Assembly: GCA_963712745.1 (NCBI GenBank)
Contig: CAVQJC010000014.1
Span: 8,141-72,140 of the forward strand
Direction of reading: 5' to 3'
Source: an uncultured Chloroflexia bacterium
Lineage (GTDB): Bacteria; Chloroflexota; Limnocylindria; Limnocylindrales; CSP1-4
DNA: 64,000 bases
The notes under the pieces: model-generated
Seen by the model: only the letters and a program-made list of their open reading frames with translations
Databases searched by the model: none
Told to the model about the DNA's origin: nothing
Part shown: positions 10,566 through 19,844 of the stretch, piece by piece
Position numbering within the stretch: the first letter of the stretch is position 1
How the letters are laid out: every line of letters starts with the position of its first letter
Made by a program: the position numbers and the translations under genes

Positions 10566-11537
10566 TCAGATGGTGATGACCAGCTTGCCCTGCGACCGCT
10601 TCTGGTCCAGGTGGCGGAGCGCTTCGGGCACCTCTTCGAGTGGGTATGTCCTGTCGATGACCGGGCGCAGCTGGCCGGCCTCGATGAGCCGGGTCAGCTC
10701 GGCGACGTCGTCTTGCCTGAAGGGCTTCCACATGAAGAGCCCGGACTTGCGGCTGGTCGTGATCGAGAGGATGGGACCGACGAGGATGGCGCCCAGGAGT
10801 GAGCGCGTGTCGCCACCGGCCCAGGCGTAGACCCCGCCACGGCGCAGCGCACGCCGGGAGGCGAAGATCGAGCGGTGCGAGGCGACGTCCACGATGCGGT
10901 CCCAACGACGCCCGCTCCCCGCGAAGTCCTGCGCGCTGTAGTCGATGACGTCATCGACGCCCAGCGAGCGCACGAAGTCCACCTTGGCCGTGCTGCACAC
11001 CCCGGTGACCTCGCAGCCGTAGGCCTGCGCGATCCTGACCGCGAACGGCCCGACGTTGCCAGAGGCGCCGTTGACCAGGACCGTCTCACCCGCGCGCACC
11101 GGCCGCCATGAGCGCAGCGCCTGGAGCGCGAGGATGGCCGACTGCGGCACGGCCGCCGCTTCTTCGAAGGTGAGGCCCTGTGGCATCGGGGCAAGGGCCG
11201 CCTCGGTGGCGAGGGCGTAGTCGGCGAAGGCGCCGTAGCCACATTCGGTGAGATCGCCGAAGACCTCGTCCCCGACCGCGAATCGAGCGGCACCGGGTCC
11301 CACCGCTTCGACCACGCCCGCGACGTCCAGGCCCAGCCGTTTCGACCTGGGCACACGCAGGCCGATGCCCAGGCGGGTGACGGTCGGGCGACCGTAGAGG
11401 TAGTCGAGATCGGCCGCATTGACCGATGAGGCGCGGACGCGGACCAGGACCTCGCCGGCCTTCGGGGTCGGGTTCTCGAGCTCGCGCAGCTCCAGGACCT
11501 CCGGCCCGCCGTACCGCTCGCGAACGAACGCTCTCAT
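10566..11537 (-). CDS. NAD(P)-dependent alcohol dehydrogenase/quinone reductase (MDR family)
   Basis: YGGPEVL, ASSVNAAD, NGASGNVG, RPVIDRTYPL. Confidence 0.92.
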   Translation of the reverse strand: MRAFVRERYGGPEVLELRELENPTPKAGEVLVRVRASSVNAADLDYLYGRPTVTRLGIGLRVPRSKRLGLDVAGVVEAVGPGAARFAVGDEVFGDLTECGYGAFADYALATEAALAPMPQGLTFEEAAAVPQSAILALQALRSWRPVRAGETVLVNGASGNVGPFAVRIAQAYGCEVTGVCSTAKVDFVRSLGVDDVIDYSAQDFAGSGRRWDRIVDVASHRSIFASRRALRRGGVYAWAGGDTRSLLGAILVGPILSITTSRKSGLFMWKPFRQDDVAELTRLIEAGQLRPVIDRTYPLEEVPEALRHLDQKRSQGKLVITI

Positions 11538-11703
11538 CAGGTTCCTCCCCTGCCCTTCCGCTCCGAGGCCCATTGTGCGTCAGGGCACGTCCCGCGCGTA
11601 GTGGTGCCCAGATGCATGCGCTCCGGGACGAGACCGATTGACATCGGTGATGTGAACACGCACGATGCCGATCCACCCCGAATGTACACCCCTGAGGTAC
11701 TAG

Positions 11704-11993
11704 ATGAGTCGTCGCGCGTCCTCCCTCGTGCTGTCCATCGTCCTGATGCTGGTCATGGCGCTGGTCGCGACCGGAGCTGCCCAGGCCGCCCCGTCGAAGG
11801 CGAAGGCCAAGGACAAGGCCTATCACGCGCGCAACGTCAAGTACTGGACACCGGCTCGCATGGCCAATGCAAGTCGGGCGTGCTCAACTCGGTCAACTCG
11901 TACAAGTACATCGGCGGCAAGAAGCGGTACTACATGTTCGGCCCGAAGTTCAACACCCGGACCGAGGCCCTCTACGAGTCGATCGTCCCCTAG
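11704..11993 (+). pseudogene. Internally deleted secreted trypsin-like serine protease remnant
   Basis: Signal peptide and YWTPARMANA are joined out of frame (about 11871) to a C-terminal GVLNSVNSYKY...MFGPKF; no catalytic core. Confidence 0.6.
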
Positions 11994-12000
11994 CTGACCC

Positions 12001-13176
12001 TCAGCTCGAGGGCCTGACGGTCAGGCTGAAGCCGCGCTTGCGCAGCTCCTCGGCGTAGTCGGCGCCGCCGACCGCCAGCTCGGCCGGGTTCACACCTCGG
12101 GGCGTCCGGCCCTGGGCATTCATGATGGCCTTGAGCGCGCCATCCCAGCCGGTGGTGCGCTCCATGGCCGTGAAACCGGTGGCTTCGTCGAAGCGGTCGA
12201 TGAGCTCGACCTGCACCTGGCCAGGCCGGCCATCCTTGCGACCCACCGCCAGCACGCGCACGATGACGAGGTCGGGATCACCCGGTTGCGCCCGGATCTT
12301 GGGGTCGAGCACGGCGTGGAGCACGTCGCGCGGCACGACCGACTGTCCCTTGACCTCGACCGGCTCCTCGTCGAGCAGGCCCGCCAGGGTGTAGGCGCGC
12401 CATTCGGCGAAGTGGCCGGGCCAGCGCAGCGTCTTGTTCCAGAGCGTCTTGAGCTTGCCCTCGAAGGTCCAGGGCATGGTGCTGGTGCCGCCGCCGGCGA
12501 CGAAGGCCTCCATCTGCCCGATGTCCCCGCCGAAGTCGACCGTCTCGTAGTCCGCAGGCTCGAAGGTCGGCACCTCGACGCGCCGGCCGTCGCGGATGAA
12601 GTGGGCCAGGCCGTAGTACTCGTTGGTGAGCCCGGCGATGTTGAAGGTCAACGTGTAGTTGAAGGGGGGCTTCGGATGCAGCGGGTTGCCACCGTCCCAC
12701 ATGAGGATCTCGTCTGTCTCGTCGAGGAGGCTCATGGCGTAGACGCTGAGGCTGGTGCCCATGCCCGGGACCTGGCCGCAGTCGGGGATGATGGCGATGC
12801 CGGCGGCCGCCGCCTCGTCGCTGCGCTTCAACTGCTCCAGCACGAGGTCGGTCTTGCCGCCCAGGTCGGTCATGCAAGCCTTGGCCTCGATCGCCGCCTC
12901 CGTGATGGCGGGGTTGAGCCAGTAGGGCACGGCGCTGAGGAACGAGTCGACGGGCCTGAGGAAACTGACCAGGGCGGCGTGATCGGTGACGTCGAGCTGC
13001 ACCGGCTCCGCGATGGCCCGGCCGATGAGGTCGTTGACTCGGGCCGCCGCGGCCTGCGCGGCTTCAGCGCTGATGTCGGCGATGCGCACGCGTTCGGCAT
13101 CGCCCCACCTGGCCATGTCGTAGGCGGCGGCGGTACCCTGTCGCCCTCCGCCGAGGACTGCGTACGTGTAGGCCAT
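12001..13176 (-). CDS. Saccharopine dehydrogenase family protein (lysine 6-dehydrogenase-like)
   Basis: LGGGRQG, SAVPY, IPDCGQVPG, KTLRWPGH, TAMERTTG. Confidence 0.9.
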   Translation of the reverse strand: MAYTYAVLGGGRQGTAAAYDMARWGDAERVRIADISAEAAQAAAARVNDLIGRAIAEPVQLDVTDHAALVSFLRPVDSFLSAVPYWLNPAITEAAIEAKACMTDLGGKTDLVLEQLKRSDEAAAAGIAIIPDCGQVPGMGTSLSVYAMSLLDETDEILMWDGGNPLHPKPPFNYTLTFNIAGLTNEYYGLAHFIRDGRRVEVPTFEPADYETVDFGGDIGQMEAFVAGGGTSTMPWTFEGKLKTLWNKTLRWPGHFAEWRAYTLAGLLDEEPVEVKGQSVVPRDVLHAVLDPKIRAQPGDPDLVIVRVLAVGRKDGRPGQVQVELIDRFDEATGFTAMERTTGWDGALKAIMNAQGRTPRGVNPAELAVGGADYAEELRKRGFSLTVRPSS

Positions 13177-13210
13177 TCCCTCCCCCATTGGTGCTCGGTC
13201 GGACTTGTGC

Positions 13211-13597
13211 CTACCAGATGGTAGGCACCGGATACTGGCGGATGGCTTCGTCGGGCGTGAGGATGGTCATGCCCAAAGAGATCGCCTGGGAGACGAGTGC
13301 GCGATCGAATGGGTCTCCGTGGATAGTCGGCAACCGACCCACCCGTAGCATCGTCTCTTCTCGCAGCGGGAGCTCCTCCACGCCCATCTCGTCGCGCAGC
13401 CGCGGGATGTAGCGGTCCGGTGGCTCGGGCAGGCGCAGCTTGCCGCGTCCGTGCTTGACAGCGATCTCCCAGGCCGAAACGGCGCTGAGGTAGACGGGGT
13501 CATCGGGGCTTTCGATGATGCTTCGTGCAGCCGGGCTCAAACGGCGATCTATCGTCGCAGCGAACAGGAACGTCGCGGTGTCGAGCAGGAACTTCAC
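13211..13597 (-). CDS. vapC: Type II TA toxin, PIN domain (VapC)
   Basis: FLLDT, SAVSAWEIAVK..GKL, HGDPFDRAL, TPD; GTG start overlaps the antitoxin stop. Confidence 0.92.
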   Translation of the reverse strand: MKFLLDTATFLFAATIDRRLSPAARSIIESPDDPVYLSAVSAWEIAVKHGRGKLRLPEPPDRYIPRLRDEMGVEELPLREETMLRVGRLPTIHGDPFDRALVSQAISLGMTILTPDEAIRQYPVPTIW

Positions 13598-13848
13598 TCT
13601 TCGCCGGGCTCCCGGCCTTCGAACGCCGCGAGCAGATCCTCTGGCAGCGGCTCGAAGAACGCGTCCGTCACCTCGAACTGGCCCTTGGCAAGCCCGAGCT
13701 TCCGCGGCTGCGTGCGACGCTTCTCGATCGGCTTGATCTCTGCGATGGGCACGTTGCGCTTGCACAGGATGATCGTCTCGCCTGCCTCGAGCAGTGGCAG
13801 GTAGCGCGACAGGTGCGTCTTGGCCTCATGGATGTTGAGCCGAATCAT
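13594..13848 (-). CDS. Type II TA antitoxin, Phd/YefM family
   Basis: NIHEAKTHLSRYL..GETIIL..RNVPIA..RKLG. Confidence 0.92.
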   Translation of the reverse strand: MIRLNIHEAKTHLSRYLPLLEAGETIILCKRNVPIAEIKPIEKRRTQPRKLGLAKGQFEVTDAFFEPLPEDLLAAFEGREPGEE

Positions 13849-13879
13849 GACTAGAAAGTAGCCTAAGTACATGGTCATG
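13846..13879 (-). promoter_or_regulatory. Leaderless promoter with inverted-repeat operator for the TA operon
   Basis: CATGAC...GTCATG inverted repeat brackets a TACTTT -10 that lies 6 nt before the ATG. Confidence 0.5.
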
Positions 13880-13976
13880 TCTACTGTTTCGCGGGTTTCG
13901 GGATAGCTTGGGCGACCCACGTGACTCTGGCGTGTGAGAGCGCAGGGGGTTGCCCGGCGCCGAAATGGTGACGTCG

Positions 13977-14722
13977 ATGCAGCGAGACTTGGTCATCGCG
14001 GCCAGGGACGGCGATCTTGATGCCTACTCAAAGCTGGTGAGGACCTCGTTCCCGCGCCTGTATGGCGTTGCCAATCTTCCGCGTCGATCACGGACAGTGA
14101 GTTCCGCGACGCCGGCGGCGTGCAGGTGTTCGAGGAGTCAGCCCCCACTATCGGGGACAACCGCTTCCACGATGGACCGGCGATCTATGGCGACTACGGT
14201 GACCGCACCGTCATTCGTGGCAACCTGCTCGATGGGCCGGGCAGGACCGCCGTCCGTTTCGGCAGCCCCGCGGACGCGGTTGTCGAAGGCAACGAGATCA
14301 CGGACCGCGAGGCCGGCATCGACAGCCCGTACGGCCCCATCGCAGCCTCGACCATCCAGGGCAACACCATCAGCGGTGCCACCTCGGTGGCCATCTCCGT
14401 GAACGGCGCTGCGCGGGTCGGTGACAACGTGCTCTCGGAGGATCGCACCGCGATCACGTGGTCTGGCAAGGAAGGCCTGATCGAGCGCAACACCATCACA
14501 GGCGGCGAGAACGGGATCGTCATCGGGAGCGGCGGTCCGACCGTTCAGGACAACACCGTCGAGGGAGTCGTGGGCAGGGCGGTCGTCATCGCGGGAATCT
14601 CTTCGCCGGTGCTGTCGGGCAATCCCTCTGGTGGTAACGGCGAGAACCTCTCCGTGTCCGACAAGGCCACGCCGGAAGACGACGGCACCAACGAGATCTG
14701 CGAGGACGGCGCGGCCGAATAG
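13977..14722 (+). pseudogene. Fusion remnant: ECF sigma N-terminus joined to the C-terminus of a right-handed beta-helix (NosD/pectin-lyase-like) protein
   Basis: MQRDLVIAARDGDLDAYSKLVR..PRLYGVANL ends abruptly near 14078; another frame continues with beta-helix repeats (IRGN, VEGNEI, IQGNTI, IERNTI, VQDNTV). Confidence 0.65.
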
Positions 14723-14785
14723 TCAGCCGAATACCCGTTCGCACATGCCCGGGTCGGCCGAGGGTCGGCCCGGGTCTTGGTCCGT

Positions 14786-15334
14786 CTAGGCGACCTCGCT
14801 GACCGGCTTGATCGGGTCAGGCGCCGTGTGCGGGTCGCCATTGATGCGCTGCCAGAAGCTGACATCGCGCCACTCGTCGAGCTTGTAGCCGAGGCTCTTG
14901 AGCGTGCCGGCGTGCTCGAAGCCGAGCGACTGGTGCAACGCCACACTGGCATCGTTGGGCAGCGCGATGACGGCCACGATGGCGCGGTAGCCCTGCTGCT
15001 CGAGGACCTCCAGCACCCGCTGGGAGAGGACCTTGCCCAGGCCCTGCCGCTCGTGGCCGGCACGCACGTAGACGGTGACCTCGCAGGTCCAGTCGTACGA
15101 ACCGCGCAGCTTCCAGGGAGATGCGTAGGCGATACCACCGATGACGCCGTCCTTGTCGGCGACGATGAAGGGGTAGCGCTCGTGGAGCACCTGCCACGTC
15201 GCCTCCCAGTCCTCCTCGGACTGGGGACGGTCGTGGAAGTTGATGGCCGTCGTCTCGATGTAGTGATTGACGATCTCGGCGAACTGCTCGAGGTCGGCCT
15301 CTACGGCCAGTCGGATGTCGTAGTCGATGGGCAT
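14786..15334 (-). CDS. GNAT N-acetyltransferase, phosphinothricin acetyltransferase (Pat/Bar/ArsN) family
   Basis: IVNHYIETTAINF, ERYPFIVA, GIAYASPWK, YDWTCE, LPNDASVALH. Confidence 0.9.
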   Translation of the reverse strand: MPIDYDIRLAVEADLEQFAEIVNHYIETTAINFHDRPQSEEDWEATWQVLHERYPFIVADKDGVIGGIAYASPWKLRGSYDWTCEVTVYVRAGHERQGLGKVLSQRVLEVLEQQGYRAIVAVIALPNDASVALHQSLGFEHAGTLKSLGYKLDEWRDVSFWQRINGDPHTAPDPIKPVSEVA

Positions 15335-15449
15335 AGCGGGCACGATACCGCACCCGGGGAAGTCACCCCGCGTCAGACGGTCGCCCAAGCCGCCGGATGA
15401 CCGCTCGTGACACCGAATGCGCCCAAGGGAGGCCGCCTGCCGCCGACCC

Positions 15450-15995
15450 CTACCAGACCTCGCTCACCGGGCGGATCGGAGCCGGCTCCGTGTCGTCCAT
15501 CGGCCCCACCAGGCGCTGCCAGGAGCCGACGTTGCGCCAGGCCCCCAGCTTGTAGCCCACGCGCTCGAGCGTGCCCAGGTGGACGAACCCGAAGCGCTCG
15601 TGGAGCCGCACCGAACCGTCGTTGGGGGTGGTGATGCCGGCGATCAGGCAGCGATAGCCCTGCGCATCGAGCAGCGGGAGGAGCCGGCCGTAGAGCGCCG
15701 TCCCCAGGCCCTGTCCCGCCAGCCCCACGCGCAGGTAGATGGAGACCTCGGCGGTCCAGGCATAGGCTGCCCTCGAGTTGAACGACTTGCCGTAGGCCAG
15801 GCCACCCACGAAGCCATCCTGCTCGGCCACCAGCCACGGATAGCGCTCCTGGCAGACATCCCAGTCGGACAGCCAATCGGCAGCCGAGAGCGGGCGGTCG
15901 CCGAAGTGGGCCACGCCCGCGGCGATGTGCTCGTTGACGATCTCGGCGATGGCGACCATGTCCCCGGCCCGCGCCCGTCGCACTTTCCATGTCAT
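15450..15995 (-). CDS. GNAT N-acetyltransferase, Pat family (second paralog)
   Basis: ERYPWLVAE, RAAYAWTAEVSIY, GQGLGTALY, PNDGSVRLHERFGF, VGYKLGAW. Confidence 0.9.
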   Translation of the reverse strand: MTWKVRRARAGDMVAIAEIVNEHIAAGVAHFGDRPLSAADWLSDWDVCQERYPWLVAEQDGFVGGLAYGKSFNSRAAYAWTAEVSIYLRVGLAGQGLGTALYGRLLPLLDAQGYRCLIAGITTPNDGSVRLHERFGFVHLGTLERVGYKLGAWRNVGSWQRLVGPMDDTEPAPIRPVSEVW

Positions 15996-16114
15996 GCCAC
16001 AACGATAGGACGGTGCCGAGTGCACCGCAGCTGGGGGCCGGTTGGAGGTGCAGACGAACGGGTGCTGGCGCATCATGTCACCAACGAATCGGGTTCCCAG
16101 AGGAGACAGACCAC

Positions 16115-17755
16115 ATGTCAACCGAGTACGCCGTCCCCACCGTTGCCGAGCCGGCGCCGCCCACGCCCAACGAGGTCCTGCTCGTGGCCAGCGGCGACCT
16201 GCGCCACACCGCCAACGTGATGGGCTGGCCGGCGCAGCAGGTGCTGGAACAGCAGATCACCGACGTACTCGCCGAGAGCGGTTGGACCGTCCGACGCGGC
16301 CACGAGTACGACCCCGAGTACGGTCACGGCTTCATCTGGAACCAGCGCATGGGCATGGACGTCTTCGCCGGCGTCCACCCCGACACACCGGTCATCATCG
16401 CCGAGGCCGTGTGGGAGTACAGCCACCACGTCCTCTCCGGCCTCAAGACCATGCGCGGGCCCATCCTCACGGCGGCCAACTGGAGTGGCCAGTGGCCCGG
16501 TCTGGTCGGCCTGTTGAACCTCAACGCCTCCATGACCAAGGCCGGCATGGAGTACAGCTCCATCTGGAGCGAGGACTTCAGCGACGAGTGGGCGCGCAGG
16601 GCGCTCCAGGAGTGGGTCAAGACCGGCAAGATCGAACACGACACCAGCCACGTCCGCCCGCTCGACCCGGCCTCACTCCCGGCCGACGAAGCCGCCCTTG
16701 GTCGCGCCCTCGCGGCCGAGCTGAAGTCGAAGGGCGCCATCATGGGCATCTTCGACGAGGGCTGCATGGGCATGTACAACGCCATCTTCGATGACGAGTA
16801 CATCAACCCCCTGGGCATCTTCAAGGAGCGCCTGAGCCAGTCGGCCCTCTACTACCGCATGACCACGGTCACCGACGAGGAGGCCGAGGCCGTCTTCGGG
16901 TGGCTCGTCGACCGCGGTGTCAAGTTCGACTTCGGCACCGACTGGGAGACCGAGCTGACCAAGGACCAGGTCATCAGCCAGTGCAAGATGTACATCGCCG
17001 CGCTGCGCATCGCCGACGACTTCGGCTGTGCCGGCATCGGCATCCAGTACCAGCAGGGCCTGAAGGACCTGGTGCCCGCCTCGGACCTGGCGGAGGGCCT
17101 GCTCAACGAGATCGACCGCCCGCCGGCGTACGACGAGGACGGCAACGAGCTCTATCCCGGCGCTCCCCTGCCCCACTTCAACGAGGTCGACTGGGGCTGC
17201 GGCGTGGACGCGCTCATCACCAACCGGGTCTGGACGGCCATGGGCCTGAACCCATCCACCAGCCTGCACGACGTGCGCTGGGGCGACCCCTGGGGTGACG
17301 ACTTCGTGTGGATCATGGAGATCTCAGGCTCGGTCCCGCCGAGCCATCTCCGCGGCGGCTACGAGGGCGTGGTGTCCGAGCGTCAGAGCCCGATGTACTT
17401 CCGCCTTGGCGGCGGCACCATCAAGGGCGTCAGCAAGCCCGGTCCGGTGGTCTACAGCCGCGTCTTCCTGATGGACGGCCGGCTGCAGGTCGACATGGGC
17501 CTGGGTGAGGCCATCGAGCTGCCCGACGAAGAGACGCAGCGCCGCTGGGACGCCACGTCGAGCAACTGGCCCATCATGCACCTGGTCATGCCCGGCGTGA
17601 CCCGCGACCAGTTCATGGCGCGCCATCGCAGCAACCACATCCAGGTCGTCTACGCGCCCGACCTCGAGAGTGGCAAGAAGGCGCTGGCGGCCAAGGCAGC
17701 GATGTTCCACGCCCTCGGCGTGAAGGTCAACCTGACCGGAGACGTCGACCTCTAG
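16115..17755 (+). CDS. L-fucose/L-arabinose isomerase superfamily protein
   Basis: WPGLVGLLN, GCMGM, GIQYQQGL, HFNEVD, LHDVRW, GGGTIKG, WPIMH, NHIQV; AGGAG RBS. Confidence 0.75.
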   Translation: MSTEYAVPTVAEPAPPTPNEVLLVASGDLRHTANVMGWPAQQVLEQQITDVLAESGWTVRRGHEYDPEYGHGFIWNQRMGMDVFAGVHPDTPVIIAEAVWEYSHHVLSGLKTMRGPILTAANWSGQWPGLVGLLNLNASMTKAGMEYSSIWSEDFSDEWARRALQEWVKTGKIEHDTSHVRPLDPASLPADEAALGRALAAELKSKGAIMGIFDEGCMGMYNAIFDDEYINPLGIFKERLSQSALYYRMTTVTDEEAEAVFGWLVDRGVKFDFGTDWETELTKDQVISQCKMYIAALRIADDFGCAGIGIQYQQGLKDLVPASDLAEGLLNEIDRPPAYDEDGNELYPGAPLPHFNEVDWGCGVDALITNRVWTAMGLNPSTSLHDVRWGDPWGDDFVWIMEISGSVPPSHLRGGYEGVVSERQSPMYFRLGGGTIKGVSKPGPVVYSRVFLMDGRLQVDMGLGEAIELPDEETQRRWDATSSNWPIMHLVMPGVTRDQFMARHRSNHIQVVYAPDLESGKKALAAKAAMFHALGVKVNLTGDVDL

Positions 17756-17839
17756 ACTACGTCATCCAGCCCTGGAAGCTGCCGACCGGGTAGCGAGCCG
17801 GGACGCCGCAGCCCGCCGCAACCCGCTCCGGCGTCCCGG

Positions 17840-18265
17840 CTAGATGGCGCCGCCGCTGTCGAGCGACTTCACCCAGGACTCGAAACCCTCGGGCACGTTG
17901 GGACCCTTGACCCGGTACATGCCGGTGACCTTGCCGCCGGCCGCTTCGGCGGCATCGGCCAGCTGACGCAGGGTGGAGCCGACGGCCAGCTTGTAGGTGG
18001 CGAAGACCGCGGTCGGCTTGCCGTTCAGCGTCAGCTTCTCGATGAAGGTGAGGGCCGGCTCGGACGGATGCTGCTTGATGATGAACCAGCCCTTGGTCCA
18101 GGCCCCCAGCACGATGGCCCCGGCCGTGCCCACCTTCCGAGGGTCGGCGTTGGAGACGTTCTCGACGGTGCACTCGTGCCCGGCCGCACGCACGACCTCG
18201 CCCATCTTCTCAGCGGCGCCCGCGGTGATACCGGTGTGTGTGTCGAAGACGATGGCGACCTTCAT
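17840..18265 (-). CDS. Flavodoxin-like protein
   Basis: IVFDTHTGIT..AAEKM, VLGAWT, GKPTAVFAT. Confidence 0.8.
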   Translation of the reverse strand: MKVAIVFDTHTGITAGAAEKMGEVVRAAGHECTVENVSNADPRKVGTAGAIVLGAWTKGWFIIKQHPSEPALTFIEKLTLNGKPTAVFATYKLAVGSTLRQLADAAEAAGGKVTGMYRVKGPNVPEGFESWVKSLDSGGAI

Positions 18266-18331
18266 GAGCTCCGCTCCTGCTACTGCTGCGCATCCATTCT
18301 GCGCCAAGCAGGGCCGGCCTGTCGGGGTCCG

Positions 18332-19612
18332 TCAGGCGGCACGAAGCTCCGCTCGCGGCGCGTCGCCCTCGAGCCGTGCGGCCAGCAGGCCGGCCAGCTC
18401 GTTGAAGCCCCGGCTGAAGAGCGAGTCCGGGTACGCCGTGACGATGGATGAGCCCGCAGCGACCGAACCCCTGGCGAGGCGCTCGTCGTGCATCAGCACC
18501 GCGTCCGGCTGCCACCCCAGCTCGTCGGTGAACTCTGCCGCATCGTAGTCAGCGTCGACGTGGTTCACGACGGTGAGGATCTTGTCCATCGGGAACCCCG
18601 CTGCCGTCAGCACCGCGTGGCAGCGCTGTGTCTTGCGCACCGCGCCGTGCCGGGGCGTGGTCACGTCGAGGACCACGTCCGCGTCGTCGAGCATCGCCAG
18701 CGTCCGGTCGTCCATTACCGCGGGCACGTCGATGACGACGAGTCCATGCGTCTGCTTGAGCACCTGGAGCGCGCGACGGATGTCAGCCAGCATGATGAGG
18801 TCGGCCTGCTCCATGCGGGGCGGAGCCAACAGCACGTCCAGGCCGGTCGCATCCTGCCACAGCAGTGGCGCTACATCGGCCTCGGTCGCGTGGCCGGTGG
18901 GCAGCTGCAAGAGCGATGGCGCGTCCTCGGGTGCCTCGAGATGGAGACGCAGGTCACCGTGGACCTGGTCGCCATCCACCAGCACGACGCGGGTCCCGGT
19001 AGCCTGACCCATGGCCACTGCGAGGTTGTGGGCGATGGCAGTGCGGCCCACGCCGCCCTTGGCGGAGAAGACGGCGATGGTGCCTGACAGCGGGACGACC
19101 ACGGGGCCGCGGTGTGCGTCGTCGAGGCGGTGGATCGCACCGAGCATGGAAGCGTCGTCGAAGGGAAGCGTCAGGACCTCGGCCAGCCCGGTCTCCGGGT
19201 TCAGGGTCACGGGTCGGTCCGGCACGGTCAGGAACACGACCGGGGTCGTCCGTCCCGCCGAGCGCATGGCGCGTGCCACTTCCAGACCACTTACCTTGCC
19301 CTGGAGGAGCGCGTCGATGACGACCACATCCGGTTCGGTCGCCTCGATCCGCTCGAGCGCGGCCTGACCGTCGCCCACGGTCTCGATGAGTCGCACGTGC
19401 TCGTCCCGCCCGGTGACCTCACGCACGTGGTCGGCCACTTTGTCGAGCTCCTCCACGAGCAGCACGCGCACCGTGGCCTCCGAACGGTTCGACGCCATGG
19501 GCGGCACCAGCGCCGGCCCCAAGTCCATCGGGGGCAACTCCTGGTCAGCCCGGTCCGGCAGCGGAGCGATCACCGGGGGAACGGTCGGGGCGGCGGTCGG
19601 GATGGCGGTCAT
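18332..19612 (-). CDS. CpaE/TadZ-like protein: receiver domain plus MinD/ParA ATPase
   Basis: REC-like N-half (VLLVEE, PDVVVID), FSAKGGVGRT..AHNLA, VLVDGD, VVIDVP. Confidence 0.85.
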   Translation of the reverse strand: MTAIPTAAPTVPPVIAPLPDRADQELPPMDLGPALVPPMASNRSEATVRVLLVEELDKVADHVREVTGRDEHVRLIETVGDGQAALERIEATEPDVVVIDALLQGKVSGLEVARAMRSAGRTTPVVFLTVPDRPVTLNPETGLAEVLTLPFDDASMLGAIHRLDDAHRGPVVVPLSGTIAVFSAKGGVGRTAIAHNLAVAMGQATGTRVVLVDGDQVHGDLRLHLEAPEDAPSLLQLPTGHATEADVAPLLWQDATGLDVLLAPPRMEQADLIMLADIRRALQVLKQTHGLVVIDVPAVMDDRTLAMLDDADVVLDVTTPRHGAVRKTQRCHAVLTAAGFPMDKILTVVNHVDADYDAAEFTDELGWQPDAVLMHDERLARGSVAAGSSIVTAYPDSLFSRGFNELAGLLAARLEGDAPRAELRAA

Positions 19613-19844
19613 GGGGTTGTCCTCGCGTGCTCTTCGAAGCGATGTTCCGGAAGATGGCCGCGGCCGGCTGCCCCACTCCGATGTGACCCCCGGCCGCTTC
19701 GTCCATCCTCCCCGCGGACCATCGGGTCGGCCCCCGCTCGAACGTACGGCTGGAGGCGCGACTGGTACGGCACCGCAACGCCCGGGACGGCCTCCTCCTA
19801 CCCCGGACTACCAGCCGCCGGACCCGGCGTCGGCGGCAGTCCAT

